Below, one piece after another: positions 1 through 8,818 of a DNA stretch of 64,000 bases (the first letter of the stretch is position 1; each line of letters opens with the position of its first letter). Source of the stretch: an uncultured delta proteobacterium (lineage in GTDB: Bacteria > Desulfobacterota > Binatia > DP-6); contig CAWFFN010000009.1 of NCBI GenBank assembly GCA_963815115.1, positions 1,120,001-1,184,000 on the forward strand, in the 5' to 3' direction. Made by a program: the position numbers and the translations under genes. A model generated the notes under the pieces. The model did not search any database and had not been told where the DNA came from. It saw only the letters and a list, made by a program, of their open reading frames with translations.

Positions 1-1058
1 CCGGCTCTGCCCGGCGTGCCCTGGTGGTCGCCAGCGACGCCCGCCTCGCCGCGCCACGCACCGGCCTCGAGGCAGCGCTCGGAGACGGGGCGGCTTCGTT
101 CCTGGTGGGATCCGAGGACGTGGCCGTCGCGGTCGAGGCCACGCATGCAGTGGCCGACGAGCTCATCGACGTCTGGCGCGCGGAGGGCGACCCCTTCGTG
201 CACTCCTGGGAGGACCGCTTCGTCGTCGACCACGGCTATCGCGCGAACGTGCGCGAGGCGGTGCGCGGGCTGCTCCAGAAGGCCGGCCTCGCGCCGAAGG
301 ACTTCTCCACCCTGGTGCTCTACGGACCGGATGCCCGCGCCCACGGCACGGCCGTGCGCGACCTCGGGTTCGACGCCAAGGCGCAGGTGCAGGAGCCGCT
401 CTTCGGGAAGCTGGGCAACGCCGGTGCCGCGCTGGCTCCCCTGCTCCTCGCGGCGGCGCTGGAGCGGGCGAAGGCGGGGCAACGCCTCCTGCTCGTGGGC
501 TACGGCGACGGGGCCGACGCCATCGCGCTCTCCACCACGCCGCAGGTGGAGCGCCTGGAGGGACGTCGCGGCGTCTCCTGGCATCTCGCGCGCCGCGCCG
601 AGCTGCGCAGCTACGACCTCTACCTGCGGTTCCGCCAGCTCCTGGCGACCGAGCACGATCGCCGGGCCGGCGCCGGGCTCTCCGCGACGAAGCACTTTCG
701 CGACCGCGACGCGGACGTGAGCCTGATCGCGCAGCGCTGCCGTCGTTGCGGCCAGGCGCAGTTTCCCCACCAGCGCGTGTGCTTCACGTGCCACGCGAAG
801 GACGAGTTCGATCCGCTCCGCCTCTCGGATCGCATCGGGACGGTCAAGTCGTTCACCTTCGACAACTTCGCCGGCAGCCCCAATCCGCCCCTGGTCGCCG
901 GCATCATCGACGTCGACGGCGCGCGACTCTACCTGCAGATGACCGACGTCGACCCGAAGGAGGTGAAGCTCGGCATGCCGGTCGAGCTCACCTTCCGCAA
1001 GATTCACGAGGCTGGCGGCACGCCGAACTACTTCTGGAAGTCGACGCCGGTCCGGTAG
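1..1058 (+). CDS. HMG-CoA synthase-like protein fused to C-terminal Zn-ribbon/OB-fold (DUF35); 5' end outside window
   Basis: GDGAASFLVG, GNAGAA, YGDGADA (HMGS/FabH-like); CRRCG...CFTC Zn ribbon followed by OB-fold ending YFWK. Confidence 0.85.
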   Translation, partial: GSARRALVVASDARLAAPRTGLEAALGDGAASFLVGSEDVAVAVEATHAVADELIDVWRAEGDPFVHSWEDRFVVDHGYRANVREAVRGLLQKAGLAPKDFSTLVLYGPDARAHGTAVRDLGFDAKAQVQEPLFGKLGNAGAALAPLLLAAALERAKAGQRLLLVGYGDGADAIALSTTPQVERLEGRRGVSWHLARRAELRSYDLYLRFRQLLATEHDRRAGAGLSATKHFRDRDADVSLIAQRCRRCGQAQFPHQRVCFTCHAKDEFDPLRLSDRIGTVKSFTFDNFAGSPNPPLVAGIIDVDGARLYLQMTDVDPKEVKLGMPVELTFRKIHEAGGTPNYFWKSTPVR

Positions 1059-1133
1059 GGGCCGACGTGGGAGACGCGGTCGCCGTCGAAGGCGACCATG
1101 TACTCGTTCCAGCGATTGCGGGGCATAGGCGCC

Positions 1134-1174
1134 CCCTTTTCGCGAGAGGTGACGGAAAAGGACTTATCGGAAAC
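1134..1174 (-). repeat. dif-like direct repeat, copy 1
   Basis: 31-bp CCCTTTTCGCGAGAGGTGACGGAAAAGGACT identical to 3516-3546; minus strand reads GTTTCCGATAA-GTCCTT-TTCCGTCACCT. Confidence 0.7.
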
Positions 1175-1316
1175 GGAGCACCAGCCCGGGCGACACGCCG
1201 GCCGCCCTGGCGACGTCGCGAATCGACGTCGCCGCGACCCCGCGTTCCGCGAACCGCCGCAGCGCGGTCTCGCGGAGGCGGGCGGCGGCCGTGAGATCGG
1301 ACGACCCTCTTGCCAT
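1164..1316 (-). pseudogene. TetR-family regulator, HTH only, truncated
   Basis: RLRETALRRFAERGVAATSIRDVARAAGVSPGLV, then a stop inside the dif-like repeat. Confidence 0.8.
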
Positions 1317-1346
1317 ACGATCGTATCGTTGACTATACGATCGTAT
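1315..1346. promoter_or_regulatory. Tandem palindromic operators, probably TetR
   Basis: ATACGATCGTAT at 1315-1326 and 1335-1346, between the divergent tetR and oxidoreductase genes. Confidence 0.7.
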
Positions 1347-1371
1347 CGTCAGCGGCACTGGAGGCGTCATC

Positions 1372-2373
1372 ATGCCCGATCCCACGCAGCGGAGCGTTCT
1401 GGTCATCGGCGCGCAGGGCTTCCTCGGCAGCTTCCTCGCCACGGCCTTTTCGCGCCACGGCTGGCGGGTCACGCGCGGCGGCCGACGCCCGGAGCCGGCC
1501 GGCGACTTCCGGCTCGTCGACCTCGATCGCCCCGACACGATTCGCAACGCCTGCACCGAGGTCGACCTCGTGCTGAGCACGGTGCGCCATCCCGGCCTCA
1601 CCGCGGAGCGCGCGGTCCTCGACGCCGGGCCGACGCTCTTGAACCTCGACGACCTGCCGGCGACGCCCCGCGCCCGCCTGAAGCACGACATATCGCAGCC
1701 GGCGGGCCTCGTCGTCGATCGCTCCGGCCTCTACGGCGTCGCGATGCTGGCGCTCAGCGAGCTGCTCGCGCAACATCCCGACGCGGACACCGTCGACTAC
1801 GGCTTCCTCGCCTCGATCGCCGAGGCCGCCGGGCCGAGCGGCCGGGCGATCGTGCATCGGCTGCTCGCCGGGTCGGGACGGCATCGCACCACCGCCGTCC
1901 GACTGCCGCCGCCCTTCGGCGCGTGCCGCGCGATCGTGGCGGGGCCCGACGGCGAGAGCCTCGCGCGCGACGTCGCCGGCGCACGCGCGGTGCGCGTGCT
2001 GGTGTCGTTCAGACCCGGCATCGTCAATCGCGTCATGCTGGGGCTGAACGCGATCGGCCTGGCATCCCGCCTGCCGCTCGGCGCGTTCACGTTCTCGCGG
2101 ACCGCACCACCGGCCGAGCCGAGCCGGCAGCCGACCTGTCACTGGGTGAGCGTCCGGCGCGGCGCGAAGGTCGTGGCGTCGCGTTGCCTGGTCGGGGCCG
2201 GCGACTACCGGAGCAGCGTCGCCACGACGCTCGCCTTCGCCGACGCACTGGTGGCCCGCCCGCACGCGGCGCCCGTGCGGCGCGGTGTGTTCGGCGTCGA
2301 CGAGCTGCTGTCGTTCGCGCAGATGGAGCCGGCGCTCCACGCGTCCGGCATCGAGACGGGAGCGCTCGGATGA
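1372..2373 (+). CDS. NAD(P)-dependent oxidoreductase (epimerase/saccharopine dehydrogenase-like)
   Basis: N-terminal VLVIGAQGFLG Rossmann motif; GGAGG RBS. Confidence 0.75.
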   Translation: MPDPTQRSVLVIGAQGFLGSFLATAFSRHGWRVTRGGRRPEPAGDFRLVDLDRPDTIRNACTEVDLVLSTVRHPGLTAERAVLDAGPTLLNLDDLPATPRARLKHDISQPAGLVVDRSGLYGVAMLALSELLAQHPDADTVDYGFLASIAEAAGPSGRAIVHRLLAGSGRHRTTAVRLPPPFGACRAIVAGPDGESLARDVAGARAVRVLVSFRPGIVNRVMLGLNAIGLASRLPLGAFTFSRTAPPAEPSRQPTCHWVSVRRGAKVVASRCLVGAGDYRSSVATTLAFADALVARPHAAPVRRGVFGVDELLSFAQMEPALHASGIETGALG

Positions 2374-2555
2374 TGACGACGGATCTCACCATGCTCGCGC
2401 CGCTACGGCGGTGCTCGCCGCCCTGCTGATCCTGCCCTACGGTCTCGTGATGTGGGCGACGTGGCCCCTGGGCGACATCCTCGGCAATCGAGCGGGCCGG
2501 CGGCCGGCCCTGCCGCCGTGGGCCGAGCGCGCCCGGCGCGTGCCGCGTGCCCACG
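2370..2555 (+). pseudogene. MAPEG-family membrane protein fragment
   Basis: MTTDLTMLA, then after a frameshift LLILPYGLV...GNR...LPPWAERARR..AH; similarity is lost after that. Confidence 0.5.
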
Positions 2556-2627
2556 TCCGGTCCGGAGTTCGGAAGGCCTCGTCGCTTCCCGCCGGGGGAC
2601 GCGGCGTGCTACACCCGCGCAGCCGTC

Positions 2628-3353
2628 ATGGGAGCGCCTGGCAGCGATCGCATCCATGTCCGCAACACGGAGCCGCGCGACTTCGTCCAGATCGGTGAAC
2701 TGTGCGCGTGCGTCTACCCGAACGAGAAACCCTGGATGCCCGAGCAGCTCGCGTCGCACCGGCGGAGGTTCCCGGAAGGACAGTTCGTCGCGCTCGACTG
2801 GGAGACGGACCGGGTGGTCGGCATGTCTGCCAGCCTCATCGTGCGCTGGGAGTGCTACGACGACTTCGACAACTGGGAGGACTTCACCGCCGACGGCATG
2901 TTCACCAACCACGACCCCGTCCACGGCCGCACGATGTACGGGGCGGAGGTGCTCGTCGATCCGACGCTCCAGGGCCACGGCATCGGCGGCAAGCTCTATG
3001 CCGCACGCCGCCTACTGATCGACCGGCTCGGTCTTCCGCGCATCCGCGGCGGAGCCCGCCTGCGGAGCTACCACCGCTATGCCCGCGGGCTGTCGGCGGC
3101 GGAATACGTCGTCAAGGTGGTCCACGGGGAGATCGACGACCAGACCCTCAGCTTCCAGCTCCACGAAGGCTTCCACGTGCTGGCGGTGGTGCCGCACTAC
3201 CTGAGCGAGGATCCCGAGACGCTCGGCTATGCCGCCCTCATCGAGTGGCTCAACCCGACGGTGGTCGAGCCGCACCACGTCGCGGGTCGGCCGACGCGGT
3301 TCTTGCACCAGGACGTCGCGGCGCAGCAGCTGCGGGGTGGATCGCCGAGATAG
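2628..3353 (+). CDS. GNAT N-acetyltransferase
   Basis: FPEGQFVA, YGAEVLVDPTLQGHGIGGKLYAAR, DQTLSFQL, IEWLNP. Confidence 0.85.
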   Translation: MGAPGSDRIHVRNTEPRDFVQIGELCACVYPNEKPWMPEQLASHRRRFPEGQFVALDWETDRVVGMSASLIVRWECYDDFDNWEDFTADGMFTNHDPVHGRTMYGAEVLVDPTLQGHGIGGKLYAARRLLIDRLGLPRIRGGARLRSYHRYARGLSAAEYVVKVVHGEIDDQTLSFQLHEGFHVLAVVPHYLSEDPETLGYAALIEWLNPTVVEPHHVAGRPTRFLHQDVAAQQLRGGSPR

Positions 3354-3515
3354 GCGCGCCGTGGCCGGCGTCGCCGCGTCCTGTCGGGAGCCGCTACGCC
3401 GGCTTCGTCGCCACGAGGATCGCCCGCCGCTCGCTGAACCACAGCTTCCGCCCGCCCCAGCCGTACTTGTGATCGATCGGTCGCGGACATAGGCGCCATG
3501 AACGCACCATGAACG

Positions 3516-3556
3516 CCCTTTTCGCGAGAGGTGACGGAAAAGGACTCATCCGACGT
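3516..3556 (-). repeat. dif-like direct repeat, copy 2
   Basis: Same 31-bp core as 1134-1164; minus strand reads ACGTCGGATGA-GTCCTT-TTCCGTCACCT. Confidence 0.7.
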
Positions 3557-3635
3557 ATCCCCGCTCCGAAGGGACGGAACGCGCGGCAGCCGCGTTCTCG
3601 GGCCACGGTTCCCGAGGTCCCGCGCCCACAAATGC

Positions 3636-3667
3636 GCGAGCGCGCGGGCCGAAGCCCACGCGCTCGT
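3636..3667 (-). terminator. GC-rich hairpin downstream of the 3706-4386 gene
   Basis: GCGAGCGCGCGGGC-CGAA-GCCCACGCGCTCGT stem-loop; no clear U-tract. Confidence 0.45.
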
Positions 3668-3705
3668 CTGACGCCGCCGACCTGATTGCGGTCACGCCAG
3701 CATCG

Positions 3706-4386
3706 TCATGGATTGCAGTGGACCGGGTCGCTGGAGAAGTCGGGGTTGAAGCAGAGCGGGCCGAGCTTCGTCGACGACTCGGGGAGGCTGATCATGGCGA
3801 GGGGACCGGCGTGGTGCTCGCCGTTGAACGGAGTCACCGTGGGTGCCGTCGCGCCGGGCTCGCACCCGTTGTCGAAGGGAACCTGCGGGTCGTTGAACCA
3901 GAATCCGACGTGGAAGGTGTTGGTCGGATCGAGCCCGACGACGGGGTCGAAGCCGAAGATCTGATCGACGAGGACCGTCTGGATGGTGGTCACGTTGCGG
4001 CCGTTGTTTCTCACCTCGAGATCCGACTGGTACCAGGCCAGGCCGAAGCTCTTGTTGCGGGCGATGAACGCGGGATCGATGGTGCCGTCGGCGAGGAACT
4101 TGCTGTGCTCAACGGTGAACATGTCGAAGGCGAGGCCCTGCTTGACGTTGCGAAGCTGGATGTCGAGCCGGTCGTTCAGCTTACCGCGCTTGACGGTGAC
4201 GCTGGCCGACGGCGGACGGGACGGATCGTCGGGGAAGGCGGCCAGGCAGCGGACGACTGCCGGATCGGCGAACAGGTTGAACTGCTTCTGGTCGACCTCC
4301 TGGGCGCTGCCCACCCGGGCGACGGCGATCGCCGCAACCACCGCGGCGCGGGCAAGCCACAGGCACTTCTCTGATCGGATGGTCAT
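3706..4386 (-). CDS. Secreted hypothetical protein
   Basis: GGAGGAG RBS, signal peptide ending GSA-QE, natural-looking sequence (FGLAWYQSD, FHVGFWFNDP, TPFNGEH). Confidence 0.75.
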   Translation of the reverse strand: MTIRSEKCLWLARAAVVAAIAVARVGSAQEVDQKQFNLFADPAVVRCLAAFPDDPSRPPSASVTVKRGKLNDRLDIQLRNVKQGLAFDMFTVEHSKFLADGTIDPAFIARNKSFGLAWYQSDLEVRNNGRNVTTIQTVLVDQIFGFDPVVGLDPTNTFHVGFWFNDPQVPFDNGCEPGATAPTVTPFNGEHHAGPLAMISLPESSTKLGPLCFNPDFSSDPVHCNP

Positions 4387-4516
4387 CTGCATCTCCTCCA
4401 GATTGCCGGGGGGTTTTAGGTCGGGGTCCGACCGGGACGGCAACCGTGTCATCGACCCTACGCACTACTCCGAAGGATGGATGCAGACGTCCAACTTCGG
4501 AGTAGAAGCGGCGCCG

Positions 4517-4960
4517 TCAGCGGTTCGGGGACGCCGACCAACGCCGCGCCACCGTGAGCGTTTCCCGGTTTCGGGTGCTCGGGTCGACGACCGTTCGGAT
4601 CGCCTGGAACCCGGCCTTCTCGGACGCCCGGAGCGAGCGGCGATTCCTCTCGTCGGGTCCCGCGACGCAGATATCCACCGTGCCCGTAGCGAAGACGACG
4701 TCGCGGGCGAAAGCCGAGATCACGCGGGGACCGAGCCCCCGTCCCACGAGATCGGGATCGCCGATGAAGAGATCGATGCCGGCCCCGTCGTCGATGCCGA
4801 TGGTGGCGGCGTAGTCGGGCCAGTCGCGCAGCAGGTACGTCTGGATCAGCCCGATCGGCCGCCCGTCGAGCAGGACGACGTAGTTGTGGCTCTTCGAGGT
4901 CTCGGCAAGCAGTGGCCGGTACTTAGCCTCGACGACCGCCAGCGTGGGTGCGGCATTGCC
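4517..4960 (-). pseudogene. GNAT acetyltransferase (AAC(6')-like), N-terminus lost
   Basis: PIGLIQTY, GIDLFIGDPDLVGRGLG, PDERNRRSLRASEKAGF. Confidence 0.65.
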
Positions 4961-5451
4961 GACGCCCGCGATGCCGCCCGGGCAGCATGCCAAGATGAAG
5001 GTCGCGTGTGTGTGCCACGACCCCTTGGTGCCCGAGCAACCGGGCTTCGTCTTCACCGACGATGGGGGACTGGGACAGGTGCATTGCGGGGTCCCCCTCG
5101 GCTACGCAGACGACGGGACCATAACCGCAGTCGTCCTCTGCGACAACTTCGTGGCACTCGGACTCTGACCCGCGCGTGCCTGTTTCTGCGTCGTCGTGAT
5201 CACGGGGTCGCCCGCGCCCGCACGGCCGCGGCGAGCGCGCCTGCATGATCCCGACCGCCGCGCACGCGCCACGCCCATGCCCGCGCACGCAGCCGGGCGC
5301 TGCGTGAACCGCGGTCCTCCAACACGTCCTTGTCCGCCGCCGGCATCCTGTGGGATAGGCGCTGGCGACGCCTCGGGTTCCGACCCGGACATCCACACGA
5401 GGAGGACGCGCGCGATGTCGAGGCACCAACTTACCGGACCAATCTCTGACC

Positions 5452-6156
5452 TCAGCCGGCCGGCGGGACGACGCGGCCACCACGGTGCTGGCGGTAGGTC
5501 TGGTCACGCCACTCGCGGAGCGGGGCCAGCGCCGGGTCGGCGCCGAAGGGGATGCCGAACATCCCGCGCATGCCCGCGTCGATCGAGAACAGCTCGTCGT
5601 CGGGGAGGCCGAGGATGGGGTTCAGCATCGCCGCCGTCGTGAGGTCGGCGCGCGTGAACTCGCCGCCGACGAGGTACGGCGCTTCGGCCACCGCCGCGGC
5701 CAGCTCCGGCAACACGGTGCGCAGCACGCGATCGGCGCGCGAGCCCTCGGCCTCGCTCCAGTGATACTTGGCGGCGAAGTGGTCGGCGAGCGGCTGGAGA
5801 TTCATCGCCTTGTAGCGGCCGATCATGACGAGGCGTCCGAGCGGCGCCAGCGTCTCGGTGGCGAGCAGCTCCCACGCTCGCACCTGTGCGCGCCGCCGCG
5901 CATCGCCGGGCACGAGACTGGGCGACGGATGTCGCGTCTCGAGCCAGTCCACCGCGGCGTCCGAATCGCCGATCACCTCGGCGTCGGCGATGAGGACCGG
6001 CGCCGTCGCCACGCCGGTCCGTCGCTTGTGATCCTCCTCGCCGGCGAGCGGGACGTACTGCGTGCGCCGGTAGGGCAGGCCCTTGAGCTCGAGGACCCAG
6101 CGCAGCCGCTCCGACCACGGCGAAGGGTAGAGCTCGATCAATTCGAGATCCGACAT
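5452..6156 (-). CDS. Glutathione S-transferase family protein
   Basis: SPWSERLRWVLELKGLPY, PVL..IGDSDA, YLVGGEFTRADL. Confidence 0.85.
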   Translation of the reverse strand: MSDLELIELYPSPWSERLRWVLELKGLPYRRTQYVPLAGEEDHKRRTGVATAPVLIADAEVIGDSDAAVDWLETRHPSPSLVPGDARRRAQVRAWELLATETLAPLGRLVMIGRYKAMNLQPLADHFAAKYHWSEAEGSRADRVLRTVLPELAAAVAEAPYLVGGEFTRADLTTAAMLNPILGLPDDELFSIDAGMRGMFGIPFGADPALAPLREWRDQTYRQHRGGRVVPPAG

Positions 6157-6304
6157 GGTGCCGAGAAGCTAGCGTCGCATCGCCGGGGCGGTCAATGGTC
6201 CGGCTACGAGGTCCTGGCGCTGTCGTGCGGCGGCGGCTCCAGCGCCGGCACCCCCCTTGTGTCTTGCATCGCGATAGTACCAACTACACTTGGGAGGAGC
6301 TCAC

Positions 6305-6655
6305 ATGCACCGACCGAAGGTATCGACCTTGGCTGCATTCATGCTCGCTTCAGGTGTGATGCTGGGAGCGTCGCGTGCCGATGCCGGCCCGCAACCGTAT
6401 GTCGGTGAGATCATGTTCGTCGGCTTCCAGTTCTGCCCGCAGGGATGGTTGCCGGCCGACGGCCGGGCCCTGAACATCTCTCAGAACGTTGCGCTCTTTT
6501 CACTGCTGGGGACGACGTACGGTGGCGACGGTATCACGACGTTCGAGCTGCCTGACCTGCGCGGACAGATCATGGATCCTGGAAAGGGGCCGGACCGCAA
6601 GCGCAAGATCACCGCCTGCATCGCCGTCGAGGGCATCTATCCTTCGAAGCCCTGA
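6305..6655 (+). CDS. Phage tail-collar-domain protein with signal peptide
   Basis: PYVGEI..FCPQGWLPADGRALNISQNVALFSLLGTTYGGDGITTFELPDLRG...CIAVEGIYP; GGAGGAG RBS. Confidence 0.85.
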   Translation: MHRPKVSTLAAFMLASGVMLGASRADAGPQPYVGEIMFVGFQFCPQGWLPADGRALNISQNVALFSLLGTTYGGDGITTFELPDLRGQIMDPGKGPDRKRKITACIAVEGIYPSKP

Positions 6656-6827
6656 ATAGTGGCTCACCTGCCGACGGCGGCGGGCGTAGCCGCTCGTTGG
6701 CACGCGGGAAGCGGCCCCCCGAGGACGTTCAGCGTCGCGGGATGGTTCCTCGCGAAGCAGTTCCCCTGACCTTGCCCCGGAAGATAGAAGACGTCGGCGG
6801 CGTTGCGACCGACAGGCCCACCACAGC

Positions 6828-7748
6828 GTGGCTTCCACACAAGACTATCCAAGTAGACCGGTTCGTCTGATCGAGCCCTTCGGGGCTGGCGGCGGACCTG
6901 ATCTGATAGCCCGCGCCCTCGCGCAAAAGCTCTCTGAGTTGTGGAGCCAAGCTGTGACGGTGGAAAACATCCCCGGTGCGGGAGCCACGGCGGGCCCTGC
7001 GCAGGTCGCGAAGTCGCTAGCCGACGGTTACACGTTGCTCGTGAGCACCAGCGCGCAGGCATACAGCGCGACCCTCTCGAAGAATCTCCCCTATGACCCG
7101 TTGAAGGATTTCATCCCGATCGGTTCGCTCACGAGCCAGCCCTACGTGCTCGTCGCAGGCAAGCCGGCTGGTGTCACCACCGTCGCCGAGCTCATCAAAG
7201 CGGCGAAGGCAAAGCCGGGTGAGCTCGAGTTTGGTTCCTCCGGTATCGGTACCGGTACGCATTTGGGGCTCGAGAAATTCAATCTCGCGGGGGGCATAAG
7301 GGCGGTCCACGTGCCGCCCCGACCGAGAGACGCGATCGCAGACATCATCGATGGTACGGTCACAGGCCGCACCGCTTACATGCTGGCACCCATCGCTCTT
7401 GCCCTGCCGCAAATCCACGACGGCAAACTCCTTGCGCTAGGTGTGAGCAGCGCGCGGCGCTCATCCTTGCTACCGGAGGTGCTTACGATCGAGGAGGCGG
7501 GCGTCGCCGGATTCGACTTCCCGATTTGGTATGGCGTATGGGCGACCGCGGGCACGCCGGCGCCGGTACTCGACAAGCTTTCGAAGGACATCCTGCGTGC
7601 GCTGGCGGTGCCGGAGCTGCGCGACTGGCTCGCGAAGCACGGAGGCGAGCCCATGAACATGACCCAGGTCGAGTTCGCGCGCTTCGTGCTGCGCGAGAGT
7701 GAAAGCGCGGCGCAGATCATCAGGGCCGCTGGGATCAAGGTCCAGTAG
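6828..7748 (+). CDS. Bug/TctC tripartite tricarboxylate transporter substrate-binding protein; signal peptide not evident
   Basis: DYPSRPVRLIEPFGAGGGPD, VENIPGAG, DGYTLL, FGSSGIGTGTHL. Confidence 0.85.
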   Translation: MASTQDYPSRPVRLIEPFGAGGGPDLIARALAQKLSELWSQAVTVENIPGAGATAGPAQVAKSLADGYTLLVSTSAQAYSATLSKNLPYDPLKDFIPIGSLTSQPYVLVAGKPAGVTTVAELIKAAKAKPGELEFGSSGIGTGTHLGLEKFNLAGGIRAVHVPPRPRDAIADIIDGTVTGRTAYMLAPIALALPQIHDGKLLALGVSSARRSSLLPEVLTIEEAGVAGFDFPIWYGVWATAGTPAPVLDKLSKDILRALAVPELRDWLAKHGGEPMNMTQVEFARFVLRESESAAQIIRAAGIKVQ

Positions 7749-8030
7749 CCGACGCGGGTTGGAGGGCACCGGCCGCTGAACCTGAACTGGGGTGTTACCC
7801 TGACGAGCGGCTTTCGCTCTCCTGCCGCCCGTGGCTACACGCATCAGGGAAACGGCCACACGGCGGATTCTCGCGCGACGACGCCCAGCCGCGACCTCCT
7901 GAATTGCTGAGCCGTAGAAAAGCTCCGGCCAACTTGGCTCGATCGCTGACGACATGGGACAGGGGTCGATGTCTATTGCCGGATGCGGACAGGGGTAGGA
8001 AGCGGGACGGCCAGTCGGGTGAGCCCTGGA

Positions 8031-8690
8031 TCACGCGGCTCTCGCCTTCATCTTGCTGGCTTTCCCCTCCGGCTGAACGCCGTCAACGAAGCCAATGTCG
8101 GCGCGGACGAGGGGCAGGAGGCGTGCGCCGTCGAGCCGCCGCCATCGCGCCTGCGCCATGTCGAGGAGCTTGTAAGCCATCAGGAGACCCTTCGTTCGCG
8201 AGCCCGCGCCCTTCGTCACGCGCTGGCGCAATCGGACCGTCGCGAAGGGCGACTCGATCACGTTCGACGTGCGGAGATGCTTCCAGTGCTCGGCGGGGAA
8301 GTCGAAGAACGTCAGCAGCACATCGGCGTCCTTCTCCAGGGTCTCGACGGCTTTCGGGTACTTCGGGCCGTACTCGGCAGCGAACCGCGTGATTGCCTCG
8401 CGCGCCTGCGCAGGGGTCTCGGCGTACATCACCTCACGGAGCGCGGCCTTCACGCGCGGCTGGAGCCGCTTCGGGAGCTTGTCGAGAATGTTGCCGAGCT
8501 TGTGGAACCAGTCGCGCTGCTCGCGGGTCTTCGGCCACACGTCGCGCACGGCGGCCCAGAAGCCGAGCGCCCCGTCGCCCACGGCGACGACGGGCGGGCG
8601 CATCCCCCGACGTTTCAGGTCGCGGAGCACGGTCTTCCAGCTCTCGGCGCTCTCGCGATAACCGTCCTCGACCGTGATCAGCTCTTTCGT
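8031..8690 (-). mobile_element. IS256-family (mutator) transposase, C-terminal fragment
   Basis: GYRESAESW, GDGALGFWAA, QRDWFHK, FFDFPAEHWKHLRTSNVIESPFATVRLR; N-terminal half missing. Confidence 0.85.
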
Positions 8691-8818
8691 TCCGAGCGCC
8701 GGTCGTCCGGAGTGGCGCTTCTCACGACTACCGGATCCATGTTGGCGCGCGACATTGTCAGCCTAACTGCGAGCAGCCCTGCGGTCGCGGGCGCCGGTCG
8801 GCTGCAGCCGAGATGTGG

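Noticed and set aside
4488-8770. Possible integron attC sites (GTTGGAC on the minus strand near 4490, GCTCACCTGCCG near 6662, GCCTAAC at 8761)
   Set aside because: No complete paired R/L boxes and no integrase
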